Of a stretch of 64,000 bases of DNA, positions 12,884 to 25,600 are shown one piece after another. Origin of the DNA: Torpedo marmorata (lineage: Eukaryota). The first letter of the stretch is position 1, and each line of letters begins with the position of its first letter. The DNA is taken from positions 65,720,001-65,784,000 of the forward strand of contig OZ360231.1 of NCBI GenBank assembly GCA_977017645.1. The letters run 5' to 3'. The notes beneath the pieces were generated by a model. That model was not told the origin of the DNA, searched no databases, and saw nothing but the letters and a program-made list of their open reading frames with translations. The position numbers were made by a program, and so were the translations under genes.

Positions 12884-13627
12884 TGACAGCAGTGATAAAT
12901 GTGCTTTACAGCTGCATCAACATTTTTCAGTCTTCTCTCAAAATGTACTCTAAATGATATAAAAGGATTTGCAGAATAAAATTTTCAGAGGTAACTTTAC
13001 AGTCTGTTTACTGTTTCTGAACAGTGTGATGCACTGGAACCTAAAGCTGCTCAGTCAATCAAAATTTTAGATTTTGAGAAGGAGCTGGTTTTAGTTTTGC
13101 TCATGCTAACATATTTCCTGTTGTACACATTATTTTCACCTTCATTATTGCAAGGGAGTCCCTGCTCACAAAATATGCACAAGCCCTTCCTGATATTTGC
13201 TGATTTATTGCAATTTTTGAAGTTTAGAACAATTTCTAGGTCAAAATATTCCATGCTCTTTAATCAGTGCCAAAGTAACTACTATCCTCATTTCAATACC
13301 TAATTGTTTTGTAAATACAGTTGGGAATTTGAAGTTCATTTCCAAATATTAATTAATACTTTTCTAAAATGTCATAACAATTATAAATTTCCTCTTTACA
13401 GAATTGCTTCTCTTCTTGCATTCTTTCCTCCAAATTAATTTAAGGCAATATTCCAGATACTCATTTATTTACAGTTTTATATTTTATCTCCTTTTGGATA
13501 TCACCTCTCCAAGTTTCAAAACATAACTCTTTCCTGTTCTCAGATCTTTGATATCAGGAAACAGTTTTCTGGGCTTAACTATCTTCTTGTGTACCAGTGA
13601 CCAGAACTGAACACTATATTCAAAGTA

Positions 13628-13920
13628 AAAACACAATGCTGGATAAACTCAGCTGGTTAAACAGTGTTCTTTATGTAGCAAAGATAAATATACATAACCA
13701 ACGTTTCGGGCTTGAGCCCTTCATCAAGGTATGAAGAGCTCGTCATACCTTGATGGTATGAAGGGTTTATTATACAGTATCTTGATGAAGGTCTCGAGCC
13801 CGAAACGTTGGTTATGTATCTTTATATTTGCTACATAAAGTACACTGTTTAACCAGCTGAGTTTATCCAGCATTATGTTTTTACTTCAACCACGGTGTCT
13901 ACAGACTTTCGTGTTTTACT
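13628..13920. mobile_element. Palindromic PLE pLTR mini-element with two hammerhead motifs (13700-13727 on -, 13782-13809 on +)
   Basis: Inverted arms of ~105 bp. TSD ACTATATTCAAAGTA at 13613-13627; its right copy (13921-13924 plus 14528-14538) is split by a later MITE. Confidence 0.88.
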
Positions 13921-13924
13921 ACTA

Positions 13925-14525
13925 CAGTACGTTTCTGATTATCCGAAACACTCGGGACCGGACGTGTATCGGTTAACTGCATTTTCCGGATATCTGAGAA
14001 ATGCCTTTAAGCAGCCCAATTTAAGCAGCAGAATACTTGTATCGTCCGTCGCCGATCCCGACACCTCTCCACCGCTGTCACCGATCCTGCCCAGGCGCCC
14101 GTGGTCTTCACTCGGATCCCCGACACCTCCCCACTGCCGTCACGGAATCTGCCCAGGCACCGCTGTCCCCGCTCAGATCCCCGACACCTCTCCACCGCCG
14201 TCGCGGAACCTGCCTGGGAGCCAAAGGTCCCTGCTCCGATCCCAGCCCAGTAGCATCAGCATAAAACAACAAAGAACAAGGGAAGGTTTTTCAAGCATGA
14301 AATAAAATTTAATTCTTACCTTGAGTACACTTGAGTACACAAGAGCTCCGTTGGATTCAAAATGATGCTAACAGCGCGTTAGAGTCCCACTTGAGTACAC
14401 GAGAGCTCCATTGGATTCAAAATGGCGCTAACAGCGCGTCAGAGTCCCACTTGAGCACGGCGAAAATTTTCGCTGTTAACTGACAATTTCGGTAAAGTGG
14501 CTTTCGGATAATCGGAAACGTACTG
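13925..14525. mobile_element. Tc1/mariner (Tigger/pogo-like) MITE, 601 bp
   Basis: 24-bp TIR CAGTACGTTTC(T/C)GATTATCCGAAA and TA TSD. Internal GC-rich repeats and a 60-bp tandem duplication (~14330-14450). Confidence 0.9.
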
Positions 14526-15298
14526 TATATTCAAAGTATAGTCTATCCACTTTCCAGAGCATTGTACAGTTTGATCATCAGTGTTCTTGACAACTCTGGA
14601 GGCCAAATTGTTTGTCGCATATTTTACTCTTTTGTTAAGTGTTAAATGTATGTTAGGTTTCGCTTGTGTTAAAAGGGCACTCATGAATTCTTTGTGCAAT
14701 GGCAGCCATCTTCCAGCTCTGCTTCACCCTGTTCTGCTGATTACAGGCCACATACAAGTATCAGTTTTCCCATCTATCTTTGCCAGTCACCTAATTTGTG
14801 ATTGGCCAAGAATGCATTGTTTACTTTTCCTGACTATCATTTTCTCTAACTTGTGCCATCATGTAACACTCAAGATTTTAAACTATTAATGTCTTTTGAA
14901 TATCACTTGTCGAGTTGCAAATCATGACCTCATGCACCAAACTTATTGTTTGCAAAGAAAAATATCTGATCATTACTCATTCAGTAGATATGAACGACAT
15001 GGTGGTCTTCTGTCAACTGCCTGTGGGATTATTTGTAGGAAGTGAGGGTGAGGTTCATGTAAATAGTGCAAGCAGAATACAATGGTTCAACTGCTGTGTG
15101 AAAGGGAAAGAGGTAACAATTGAAGTCAACAGGGAAATGTTAGTGTTGGGATTAAGGGGATGGTAGGAAGAAGAAGGGTTGTTGGGAAGTGAGTCTGGAC
15201 AGAGATGTGTGATGGATGGAGTGCATGTGAAGAAAGTCTCTGAGAGCTGCAAGATGCATAATGCGTTAAAAATGAAGCCAGGAGTCCTTTTTCATTTC

Positions 15299-16038
15299 AA
15301 GATTCAATTTATTGTCATGTAATAATACAGTGTCATATTACACAAAATTGCTTTTGCCTGCTGTAAGGCAGACAGATTCGCCATCGGCAGAAATTGCCTG
15401 AAGCGCCTCTTACAGTCAGAGAAAGAGAAGTAAAAGAGAGTTCCCCCAGAGTCACTGAGTGTCCGTATATTCGCCTCCAGCGCTTCCGCTGCCACACAGA
15501 GTCCAGTCCAAACCATTGGCAACCCGAGCTCCAGATCCGAACCTCCGACACGATCAGGAACCCTTCAGCGCCTTCGGCACCCCCTTGCATCCCGGTTCCG
15601 ATATCTGGTACCGCTTCAGCCAGTTTCGAGCCAGTCTCCAGCAGTCCGCAGCCCGGCGCGAGTCCTCCAACAGCAGTCTCCAGCAGCCCACATCCTCCAT
15701 GGGTTCCTCGCCTCGAGTCGCCAGCAGCCGCTGCCTGTGTGGGTCCTTTAGCCACAGAGCCCCCTCACTGGTCCGCCACCGTGGTCACCGTCCCGTGTGT
15801 CGTCTCCTCTGCTTCTCCTTCTCAAATGGGGGGTGTTCTCCCCTTTTATGGTACCCTGCGCCAGTCCTCCGCTTCCCTGGAGTCTGCAATCCCTTGTGGC
15901 TGCTGCTGATCAGAGACGTTGCAATCTTGGACGCAGACCCCACGGTCGCGGGATTTTAAATAAAACAACCGTCGGCTCCTTCAAAGCCTGTGCGGAGCTG
16001 ACGGCAGCGCTGCCGTTACAGTGGCTCCGGCAGCACCG
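15299..16038 (-). mobile_element. Non-coding non-autonomous retroelement (740 bp) with a Rex1/L2-type ATGACAATAAA...(CTTGAA) tail
   Basis: Possible TSD CATTTC at 15293-15298 and 16039-16044. A homologous copy lies at 59307-59634. Confidence 0.7.
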
Positions 16039-16627
16039 CATTTCTTTAACCTTCCCCATGTCCACGAAATTCACAAATGACCTTCCAGCTAGGGAATTAA
16101 AAGAAAGAGAAAAGCAGAAGGAAACAAAAAGAATAGTGAAATAGGTTATGAAGTAAAGTTGATAAAGGAAACAAGAAGCAAGGTAGATAAAAAGGTGAAG
16201 AGAAATAACAAAACGAAAACAGCAGAGACCAAAATGAGGGAGACTACATTTTTCAACTTACAATGTGAAAACACCATGGAAATCCACATACTGTATATAA
16301 ATTACAAAGCTACTTTTATATGAGGGAAAGCTTTCTCTTATTGTATTGTAGTCAATTGTTAGTAATAAAACACAATTTTAAATAACATTTTATCCTGTTA
16401 ATCTTTCTTTATTGTTTTCCTACTTTATTGGCATTATAACTAATTTTTTCTACTTAATGTTTCTGTTTACAAATAACTAGATTTTAGCACATACAGTCCC
16501 TCCGTAATGTTTGGGACAAATACACTTTTTGTCTTTTATTTGCCCCTGTGCTCCACAGTTTTAAATTTGTAATCAAACAATTCACATGTGATTAAAGTGC
16601 ACATTCCAGATTTTATTCAATGTTTTT

Positions 16628-16699
16628 ATAAAGGACACTGCTTGACCTGCTTTGTGTTTTTACTTCAACCACGGTGTCTGCAGATTTTCATGTTTTACT
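16628..16699 (+). mobile_element. PLE pLTR 3' tail fragment inside the Tc1 left IR
   Basis: AAAGGACACTG...TGTGTTTTTACTTCAACCACGGTGTCTGCAGATTTTC is absent from the right IR. Confidence 0.75.
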
Positions 16700-17885
16700 T
16701 TATTCGTATACATTTTGCTTTGACCATGTAGAAATCACAGCACTTTTTATACATCGTTCCCCCATTTCAGGGCACCATAATGTTCGGGACATTTGGCTTC
16801 ACAGGTGTTTGTGATTACTCAGGTATGTTTAATTGCTTCATTGGTGCAGGTATAAGAGAGCTCGGCTTGCTTCTAAGCTTTTGTTCACCTTTGGAGTCTT
16901 TAGTTGCTATTTTTCAACATGAGGACCAGAGTTGTGCCAATGAAAGTCAAAGAAGCCATTATGAGGCTGAAAAACAAGAATAAAACAGTAAGAGACATTG
17001 CCCAAACCTTAGGATTACCAAAATCAACTGTTTGGAACATCATTAAGAAGAAAGAGCGTACTGGTGAGATCAGTAATCACAAAGGGACTGATAGGCCAAA
17101 GATGACTTCCATTGCTGATGACAGGAATTCTCATCATAATGAAGAAAAATCCCCAAATGCCTGTCTGGCAGATCAGAAACACTCTTCAGGAGGCAGGTGT
17201 GGATGTGTCAATGACTACTGTCCGCAGAAGACTTCATGAACAGAAATACAGAGGTTACTCTGCAAGATGCAACCCCTAGTTAGCCACAGAAACAGGATGG
17301 CCAGATTACGGTTTGCTAAGACGTATTTAAAAGAGCCTGCAGAATTCTGGAAAAAGGTCTTGTGGACAGATGAGACCAAGATTAACCTGTATCAGAGCAA
17401 AGTGTGGAGGCATAAATGAACTGCCTAAGATCCAAAGCATACCACCTCATCTGTGAAACATGATGGTGGGGGTGTTATGGCCTGGGCATGTATGGCTGCC
17501 ACAGGTACTGGTGCACTTATCTTCATTGATGATGTTACTGCTGATGGCAGTAGCAAAATGAATTCTGAGATGTGTAGAAACATCTGCTCAAGTTCGAGCA
17601 AATGCCTCCAAACTCATTGGACAGCGCTTCATCCTACAGCAAGACAATGATCCCAAACATACTGCTAAAGCCACAAAGGAGTTTTTCAAAGCGAAAAACG
17701 GGAAAATTCTTGAATGGCCAAGTCACCTGATCTAAATCCAATTGAGCATGCCTTCCATATGCTGAAGAGAAAACTTTAGGGGACAAACCCCCGAAACAAG
17801 CAGGAGCTGAAGATGGCTGAAGTAGAGACCTGGCAGAGCATCACCAGAGAAGTTGCTCAGCACCTGGTGATGTCTATGAATCACA

Positions 17886-18373
17886 TACCCCTTTTACAAA
17901 GAGATCCCACTTAATTGGCGTGTGAATGACCCGTGTTTAAAGCCAGGTTGGGTCGTTCACACTGAACCAAGAAAAGTCAGGTCAGTGCGACCCGGCATCC
18001 CGGAGCAAAAGGAGGTGGGACCTGCAGCATTACAGCGTCGGGGTCCTGTGTGATGTATAACATACGTGCCAGGCAGTGACCTCGTCGCGACCTCTTTGCT
18101 GCCATTTCAAGTTTGAATCTCCTGCTGGTAAGTCGCACGCATTCAACGTCATCAATGCGTCACAGCCTTCGACCGTCCTGGACCCGGGAAGGCGGGTAAG
18201 CCTTTTAGTCAGGAGCCGATGCGAAACGCATCGGCTCTGATACTACCTACCTTGGCGGGTAATACATGGGATGAAAATGACCCCCCATCCCGTGTTCGTT
18301 GCATTCACACAGGTAAGTGAAGCGGTTAAAAGGCGGTTAATTCCCGTCTTTTAACAGCTGTGTAAAAGGGTTA
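17886..18373. mobile_element. PIF/Harbinger-like MITE (488 bp) inside the Tc1 transposase
   Basis: TIR TA(C/A)CCCTTTTACA and 3-bp TSD ACA (17883-17885, 18374-18376). Removing it restores the transposase reading MSMNHRLQ. Confidence 0.75.
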
Positions 18374-18800
18374 ACAGACTTCAAGTAATCATTATATGCA
18401 AGGAATATGCAACAAAGTACGGTACTAAACATGACCACTTTAATATACATACCATTGCTATGTCCCAAATATTATGGTGTCCTGAAATGAGAGGACTATT
18501 TATAAAAAGTGCTGTAATTTCTACATGGCCAAACCAAAATATATACAAATAACCTTGAATAAAATCTGGAATGTGCACTTTAATTACATATGAATTGTTT
18601 GATTACAAATTTAAAACTGTGGAGCACAGGGGCAAATAAAGGAAAAAAGTGTCTTTGTCCCAAACATTATGGAGGCACTGTATATTGCTTACAAACATTA
18701 TCGCATAAACTGTTAATAAATTGTGAATGTCATTGTTAACTGCATTTATGAAATAAACAGGGATTGCCTTTAAAATATTTTTTCTGTGCATCTGCAACAG

Positions 18801-18893
18801 GTAAATACAATTTGCTGGAATGATACAGGAGAATATATTCTATCAGGATCTGATGACACCAACCTAGTGATAACTAATCCATACAGTAGAAAG
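18801..18893 (+). CDS. DCAF6: DCAF6 coding exon 3 (WD40)
   Basis: caacag|[31 protein letters not shown]|gtacat. Confidence 0.97.
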
Positions 18894-19726
18894 GTACATT
18901 TAATTGGAAATATATGAATACAAAATATAGGTATCGAATTGCAGTGACAAAAAGTGTGCATTGTATTTTGTTTCTTTTATTTTGTTGGATAGAATTGTCT
19001 GCTAATGCACTGGAAATATAATTTAACAAAATAGCTAATTATGTGGGATTAACAGTGGGGTGTTGGTGGGAATGATATAGGTATGTAGGAGCAGATATAG
19101 GTTATTCTGCTATTTATTTATATGACAGCCCATCTGAGTTTTTTTATAAATGCAGGAAACTTGCCTTTGTTCCAACCTATTTTTCTTCCAGTGTCTCCTT
19201 AAAACTGTTTAGATGTGCCCAATTTTATGGTACTCAGTGCCCCAAATGACCTCTTTGGTCTTTTGAAGATTCTAGCACACACCAGAATACCATTCTGCAC
19301 AACATTATTAAAGACCAGATGAAATTTGGAAACCATGCAGGTAAAAAAAAACTAACTCCACTGAAGTCCATGCCAAGGTAATTGTGCATTTTGCTAAGTG
19401 AGCAGGATCTTTGTAAACATTCCAACATTTCTTTCTTGTTGCTAATTTTTTGCTATAAGATGTTGGAAAAAACTAGTTGATTTCATCTCATACAAACATT
19501 CACAATTACCACTTTAAGTAATGCTAAGTTTCATCCCATTGAAGATGTAAATAGACTTCAGGAAGATGGGTCCAATTCAGGGCCATTTATTGATTGCTCC
19601 ATGGTTCCACAGATATTCATGCCAGTCCTTGGTGATGTCTCGTTGCATTTGTCTAAAAACAATTTTGCTTAAGTTATTTAATGGATTCTGTGTCTTTCTT
19701 TATTTTCAAGAAAATTTTGCTTTCAG

Positions 19727-19912
19727 ATTCTTTCAACTATTCGTTCAGGTCATCGAGCAAACATTTTTAGTGCAAAATTTCTTCCACACACCAGTGACAA
19801 CCAGATTATTTCCTGCTCAGGAGATGGTGTCATATTTTATACAAACACAGAGAGAGATGCAGAAGCAAATCGACAGTGCCAATTTAACTGCCACTATGGA
19901 ACGGCTTATGAG
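19727..19912 (+). CDS. DCAF6: DCAF6 coding exon 4 (WD40)
   Basis: tttcag|[62 protein letters not shown]|gtaatg. Confidence 0.97.
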
Positions 19913-20714
19913 GTAATGTGGTCGTGATGGTGATGTCATCAGTAAAGAATAACAAAACAAGAAAACTCTTTAATTCATTATTGCAAGAGTTTATTGTTAA
20001 AGTCATTATGTGAAGGTAGATATCTTCAAAATTAATCCCCTAGAATACAAAGTTGATGAATTGACACTGAAAATCTTTTAATCAAAATGATGAGTAGTCA
20101 TATGTCACCACTCAGGTATAGATTTACTTCATTGCTTTATTGGCCTTTTAAAATTATTATCTTGGCTTAGTCTGAACGCTTTGGGAAATGTAGAATTCCT
20201 TTTGTCCATTATCTTTCCACACATTCCTCAATGTCCATTAAATGTTGTTCATCAATCAATAGTTCTTGAGGATGTGGGTATCATCTGGTTTTAACTATTG
20301 GGTAGTAAAAAAATCCTGTGTTTACTGTAGATTAAACAAAATAATGCCTAGCATATGTGCTAGAATGCAGGAAAGTCCACTGGCATTCTGCATTTCCTTT
20401 ATCAGTTGTCTTTAATAATGGAGGTATGGTGTTACTGGATGAAGTTTGAAAATCTAGGAAAGTTTGCAGATATAATTTAACCTTTGAACAGGTTGAATTA
20501 AAAGAATATGTATAAATTACTGCTCAATTTTTATAACAGTACAAATGTCAGTATTATTTAAAATAAAAATAATAAATCCTATCACAGAATCTCAAATTGC
20601 ATCTCTTACTAAACAACTTAATGACTTTCAATAAGGCAGTTTGTTAATGATAGTTTAAAAACAGAAAATGCTAAAACATTCAGAAAGTCGGACAATTACA
20701 TTCATTTTTTAATT

Positions 20715-20958
20715 TAAAAAAATTCAGATTTACAGCATGGTAACAGACCCTTCCGGTCCACGTGCCGCCCAGATACACCCATGTGACCAATTAACCTACT
20801 AATCCTGTACGTCTTTGGAATGTGAGAGGAAACCAGAGCGCCCAGAGGAAACTTACATGGTTACGGGGAGAACGTACAAACTCTTTACAGACAACGGTGG
20901 ATTCAAAGCCGGGTTAATGGGTCTGAAATAGTGTTGCGCTAACCGCATTGCTAACCGA
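20715..20958 (-). mobile_element. tRNA-derived V-SINE/HE1-like SINE
   Basis: A/B-box-like head on the - strand, V-domain-like core (GTTTGTACGTTCTCCCCGT) and CR1-like 3' end. Homologous to 29845-30097. Confidence 0.75.
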
Positions 20959-21112
20959 TATGTAAATTCACATCCTGTAGTTAGTTAATCTTTGATAATC
21001 TGGACTTCAATTAGATGATTAAAATGCCTACCCTGTGTTTCCAATTGAACAAATTTTTATAGACATTCCAGTCTATAAAAATGTTTTTGTCACTTTGAAA
21101 GAGATTATGTTG

Positions 21113-21333
21113 AAATAAAACCCCTGGTATCTGGCACCTATGGGGATTGGTAGATGCTGGATAAGTGAATTTGCCGGTTGCTTGAGATTGCATGTTGCGT
21201 GGATTGGCAAACTAAGGGGCGCCAAATTTAAACTTTCATACTTTTTTACCTGTATTTATTTTCCACAATATTTTTTTGCCGGTTGCTTGAAGGCTGCCGG
21301 TTGCTTGAATTCTGGATAACGGGGATTTTACTG
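21113..21333. mobile_element. Degenerate Tigger-like MITE
   Basis: Right end GGATAACGGGGATTTTACTG|TA; left end is a decayed AATAAAACCCCTGGTATCTGG. Confidence 0.55.
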
Positions 21334-22618
21334 TACCTTGAATTCATTGTTATTAATGACGGCTGGATAGCTCTGCAATTAAATACATGATTGCCTGTTA
21401 CCCTTTTTCCAAATCCATGTTGTAAAATGGCTGATACTGGTGTGGTTTTCCATTTTTATTTAACAAGTTTCTATTTCAAGAGAACCCATTCTGTATAAGA
21501 TATAAATTGTGAGACAAGTTTATTTACATTATAGCTAACAATTGCTTCATTTTCTCTCCATTGTAAAATCAAAGTTTCAGACTTCCGTGGAGAAAGTTTC
21601 TGAAAGTTGCAATTCACTGAAGCGTAAATTTTACTGAGAGTTTACGTTCAAGTTGTGCTTATAAAAACACACATAATGACCACAGTCAGTTTAAATTTTT
21701 AATTTACAAAATGCATTTTTTTGCTATACTGTGGAGAAATTTAACAGGGTGTTTGTGTATTGCACTCAACCCCAGCATCTGCAGTCTTTCTTGTTTAAAT
21801 AATTAAATGTTTTGCTATTTTGGAATAGCTTTCTACCCACTTAGGTTTATCATGACTAGTTTCCATTTCATTACTGAGAATGCAGAAGACATTTTGTTGG
21901 AGAACAATGCTAGTGGAACATAAGTGGTATTTTGCATTTGGCACAGACTCACTGAGCTGAAAGGCCTGCTTCCACTTTGTTTTTGAATTATAATTCTAAC
22001 CAAACATTTAATATCCTACCTAATTTTTTATAATTAAATCTCACAATCGTACTTTAAATTATGTAGATGAAGGCAACTAAAAAGCAATAAGGGGAGAAAA
22101 GATTAAACGTGAAGGTAAGCTAGCTAGTAACATGAAAGAGGATACCAAAAGTTTTTTTTTTCAGATATAAAAAGAGTAAAAGAGAAGCAAGAATAGACAT
22201 TGGACTGCTGGAAAATGAAGCTGGAGAAGTAGTAATGGGAAACAAAGAAATGGTGGATGAACTGAATAGGTATTTTGTGTTGGTCTTCACTGTGGAAGAC
22301 ACCAATGACGTGCCAGAAATTCAAGAGAGGGGCAGAAGTGAGTGTAGTTGCTATTGCTAAGGAGAAGGTGCTTGGGAAGCTGAAGGTGGATGTCACCTGG
22401 ACTGATGGACTATACCCCAGGTTTCTGAAAGAGGTATGTGAAGAAATTGTGAATGCATTAGTAGTGACCTTTCTAGAATCACTACAGTCGGAAATAGTTC
22501 CAGAGGACTGGAATGTTGCACATTTCACTCCACTCTTTATGAAGGGAGAGAGGCAAAAGACAGTAAAGTATAGGCTGATTAGCCTGACTTCAGTGGTAGG
22601 CAAGATTCAAGGGTGCAC

Positions 22619-25600
22619 TTTTTTTTTATACCAAATATAGACTTTATTCACAATAAATTATTTACAAAAAGAAAACCATTCAAAGTCTCTTCACACCCTT
22701 AGTTTCGTATCCATACATTTACATCATTGTACATTGTTACTTTTACACCATTGCCACCACTGTGGCACCTTGGCATTACTCTCCCCTCTGTTGTTTGAGG
22801 GGTTTCCCCTCGGTCTCAGCCTCTCAATGCCCGGTAATGGAAGGACTCTAGTCTTTGGTACTTCCCCACAGTGCCCTCGTGTTGGCTGCACCAAGCCTCA
22901 GTGCATCCCTCAGCATGTAATCCTGCAGCCTGGAATGTGCCAGTCTGCAGCATTCACGCACTGACATCTCCGTGTGCTGTAAGACCAACAGGTTTTGGAC
23001 AGACCAAAGTGTGTCTTTCACTGAGTTGATGGTTTTACTGCAGTTCTGGATGTCTGACTCTGTGTGTCCCCAGGAACAACTTGTAAATCAGAGAGTCCTC
23101 TGTCACGCTGCTACTGGGAATGAATCATGACAAGGGCCCTTGCATCCTTTTCCACACAATCTTAGCGAATCTGCATTCTGCAAAGAGGTGGACAACTGTC
23201 TCCACTCCACCGCAGTCATTTCAGGGACAATGTGCATTGTGGGTGATATTCTGGTTGTACAGGAAGGATCTGACTGGGAGGGCTCCTTTCACTGCCAGCC
23301 AGGCCAAGTCGTGCTTGTTCGTGTGCACCGGCAATGAGGCATTCCACTAGATGACCTGGACAGTCTGCTCAGGGAACAGCCCCACTATATCCATTGGTTC
23401 CTGATCTCTCAGTGTCTGCAGGACGTTCTGTGTTGACCACTACCTGTTGGCCTTGTGGTCAAAGGTGATTGTCTGAAAAACACTGACTTGTCTGGTGGTG
23501 TGGCAAAGTCCAGCTGACTGGGACATTGCGCAGCAATTGGGCCAGGCCCATCCTTCGCAACACCTGGGACAGTTAGAACCTCAGCAAATGGTGGCATTTG
23601 GTGCCCTCGTTACTATGGTTACACGCACAGCCTGATGCAACCACACACGAAGGTGGTCGTCATGATGAGGGCCTTGCCCCTGTCGTCTGGCGACTTGTAC
23701 ATGGCGACCCTTCAGACCCTTTCTTATCTTGCATCTGCTTATGAACTGAACAACTGCTCTGGTGACTGCTGGTGTGGAGGTGGGGGGGCGGGGTGATGGG
23801 CCACACCTCTGCAGCAGTACAGAGAGCACCTCGCACCTGATGACCAGGATCTTCCCTGTTATTGAGTGGGAGTGCCATGGCCACAGACCCAGTTACTGGT
23901 GGACCTTTACGATCCACTCTGACCAGTTTTTGTAACACACCCCGGCCCCTCCAAACTAGATTCCTAACACCTTCAGGTGGTCAGATCTGACGGTGAAGGG
24001 GATGGTGGACCAGTTGCACCAGTTACCGAAGAGCATTGCTTCGTACTTCCGGTTTACCCTGGCACCTGATGCAGATTCAAAATGCTGCAGTTGCTGATCA
24101 GTTTGCAGATCAATTGTGTGTCTGAACAGATGACAGTGACGTCGTCCATGTACAGGGAAGCTTTGACCTGAATGCCTCCATTGCCGGCAACATCATTCCC
24201 CTTATGCCCTTGTCCTTCCTGATGGATTCAGCAAAGGGCTGTATGCAGCACACAAATAAGACTGGAGAGAGCAGGCAATCCTGCCTGAATCCAGACTTGA
24301 CGAGGAGGTTATCTGTTTCCCACCCATTGATTTGGACTGCGCTACAGATGTCCATGTAGAGCAGTTTAATCCAATTTCTGATTCCCTCCCCAAAGCCCAT
24401 TTTAGAGAGCATGTCCATCATATCCGAGTGCAATATCCGGTTGATAGCCTTCTGGTCTAAGCTGACCAGGCAGGTGTCCACCACCTTGACCTGCATATAG
24501 ACGATGGTATCTCTGAACAACGTGAAGCTCAGAGATTTTCCTGCCCAGAACCATGCAGGTTTGGTCTGAGTGGATCACCTGCCCTAGGGCATACCGTACT
24601 TGACTCGATTGGCGATGGCTTTTGGACAGGATCTTGTAGTTAATGTTTAACAATGATATGGTTCTCAAATTCCTAATATCCTCCTTCTCCCCCTTCTATT
24701 TGAAGATGAAGGTGATGATACTCTTCTTCATGGAGTCTGGCATGCTGCCTGCCAGGAGCATAGCGTTTTATACTTCCAGCCGGTCTGGGCCCACCCAGTC
24801 CCACAGAGCTGTGGACAATTCAGCCGGTAAGCCATCGCTTCCGGGAGTTTTACTCGACCCATAGGAATGGATGGAGTCCATCAGCTCTCCCAGGGTAATT
24901 GGCTGGTCTAGACTCCACTTGCTGTCGTCTAAGATCTCCGTGGTACACGGAGTTCTGGAAGGCCATTCTGTCTAGCCTTAGTGTCATACTATTCTGCTGA
25001 TCCTCTGTATACCCATTTGCGAGGATGTGACTCAGCTTGAGGTTGTAGATCACAGAGGTCCCTTTGTGAACCCTTTGGAAGAAGCATGAACACAACTTAT
25101 CCTGCTCCACTGTGAGGACTCTGGATCAGAAAATGAAGCTTGCCAGCTCTTCATCTCTCGGAGTTCCTCTCTCCCATCCACTCTGCTCGACTGCAGAAGG
25201 AGGAGTTGCTGCAGGTCAATCTGATTTGGCTCAGTTTCCTCTGCCTCTGCCTTGCTCTCCGAACTACCTTTGAGGATAAAGAATATCTTCATGTTCTCCT
25301 TGGTCGCTTCCTACCAGTTCACTGGGGAGTCAAAGAGAGTTTCAAGGTTCTCCATCCAGCGTACTCCTTCTTTAGTTCCCTTACGTTCTCTGGGGTCAAC
25401 AACTTCATGTTCAGCTTCCACGTTCGTCTGCCTGCCTTCTGGTCCTTCTGTAGGTGACAGGAGGTGCGAAGGAGGCAGTTGTCAGAGAAGAACATTGGCG
25501 TAACATCGGTGGTTCTGACCGTGACGACCTTCAGCACGAAGAGGAAGTCTCTCCGAGACCGGATTGAGCCGTCCAATATCGACCAGGTGGGCTGCGGCTG

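Larger units (their letters stand above)
16494..18680 (+). mobile_element. Tc1 transposon with long IR/DR-type inverted repeats and a disrupted transposase
   Basis: TA TSDs. ~220-bp IRs starting CAGT, with CATAATGTTTGGGACA-like direct repeats. Transposase from ~16919: HTH (RDIAQTLGLPKSTVWNII), [34 protein letters not shown]-like. Confidence 0.93.

Noticed and set aside
15333-16144. Overlapping 115-171-aa ORFs as genes
   Set aside because: GC-rich repeat sequence is open in several frames on both strands, with no recognisable domains.
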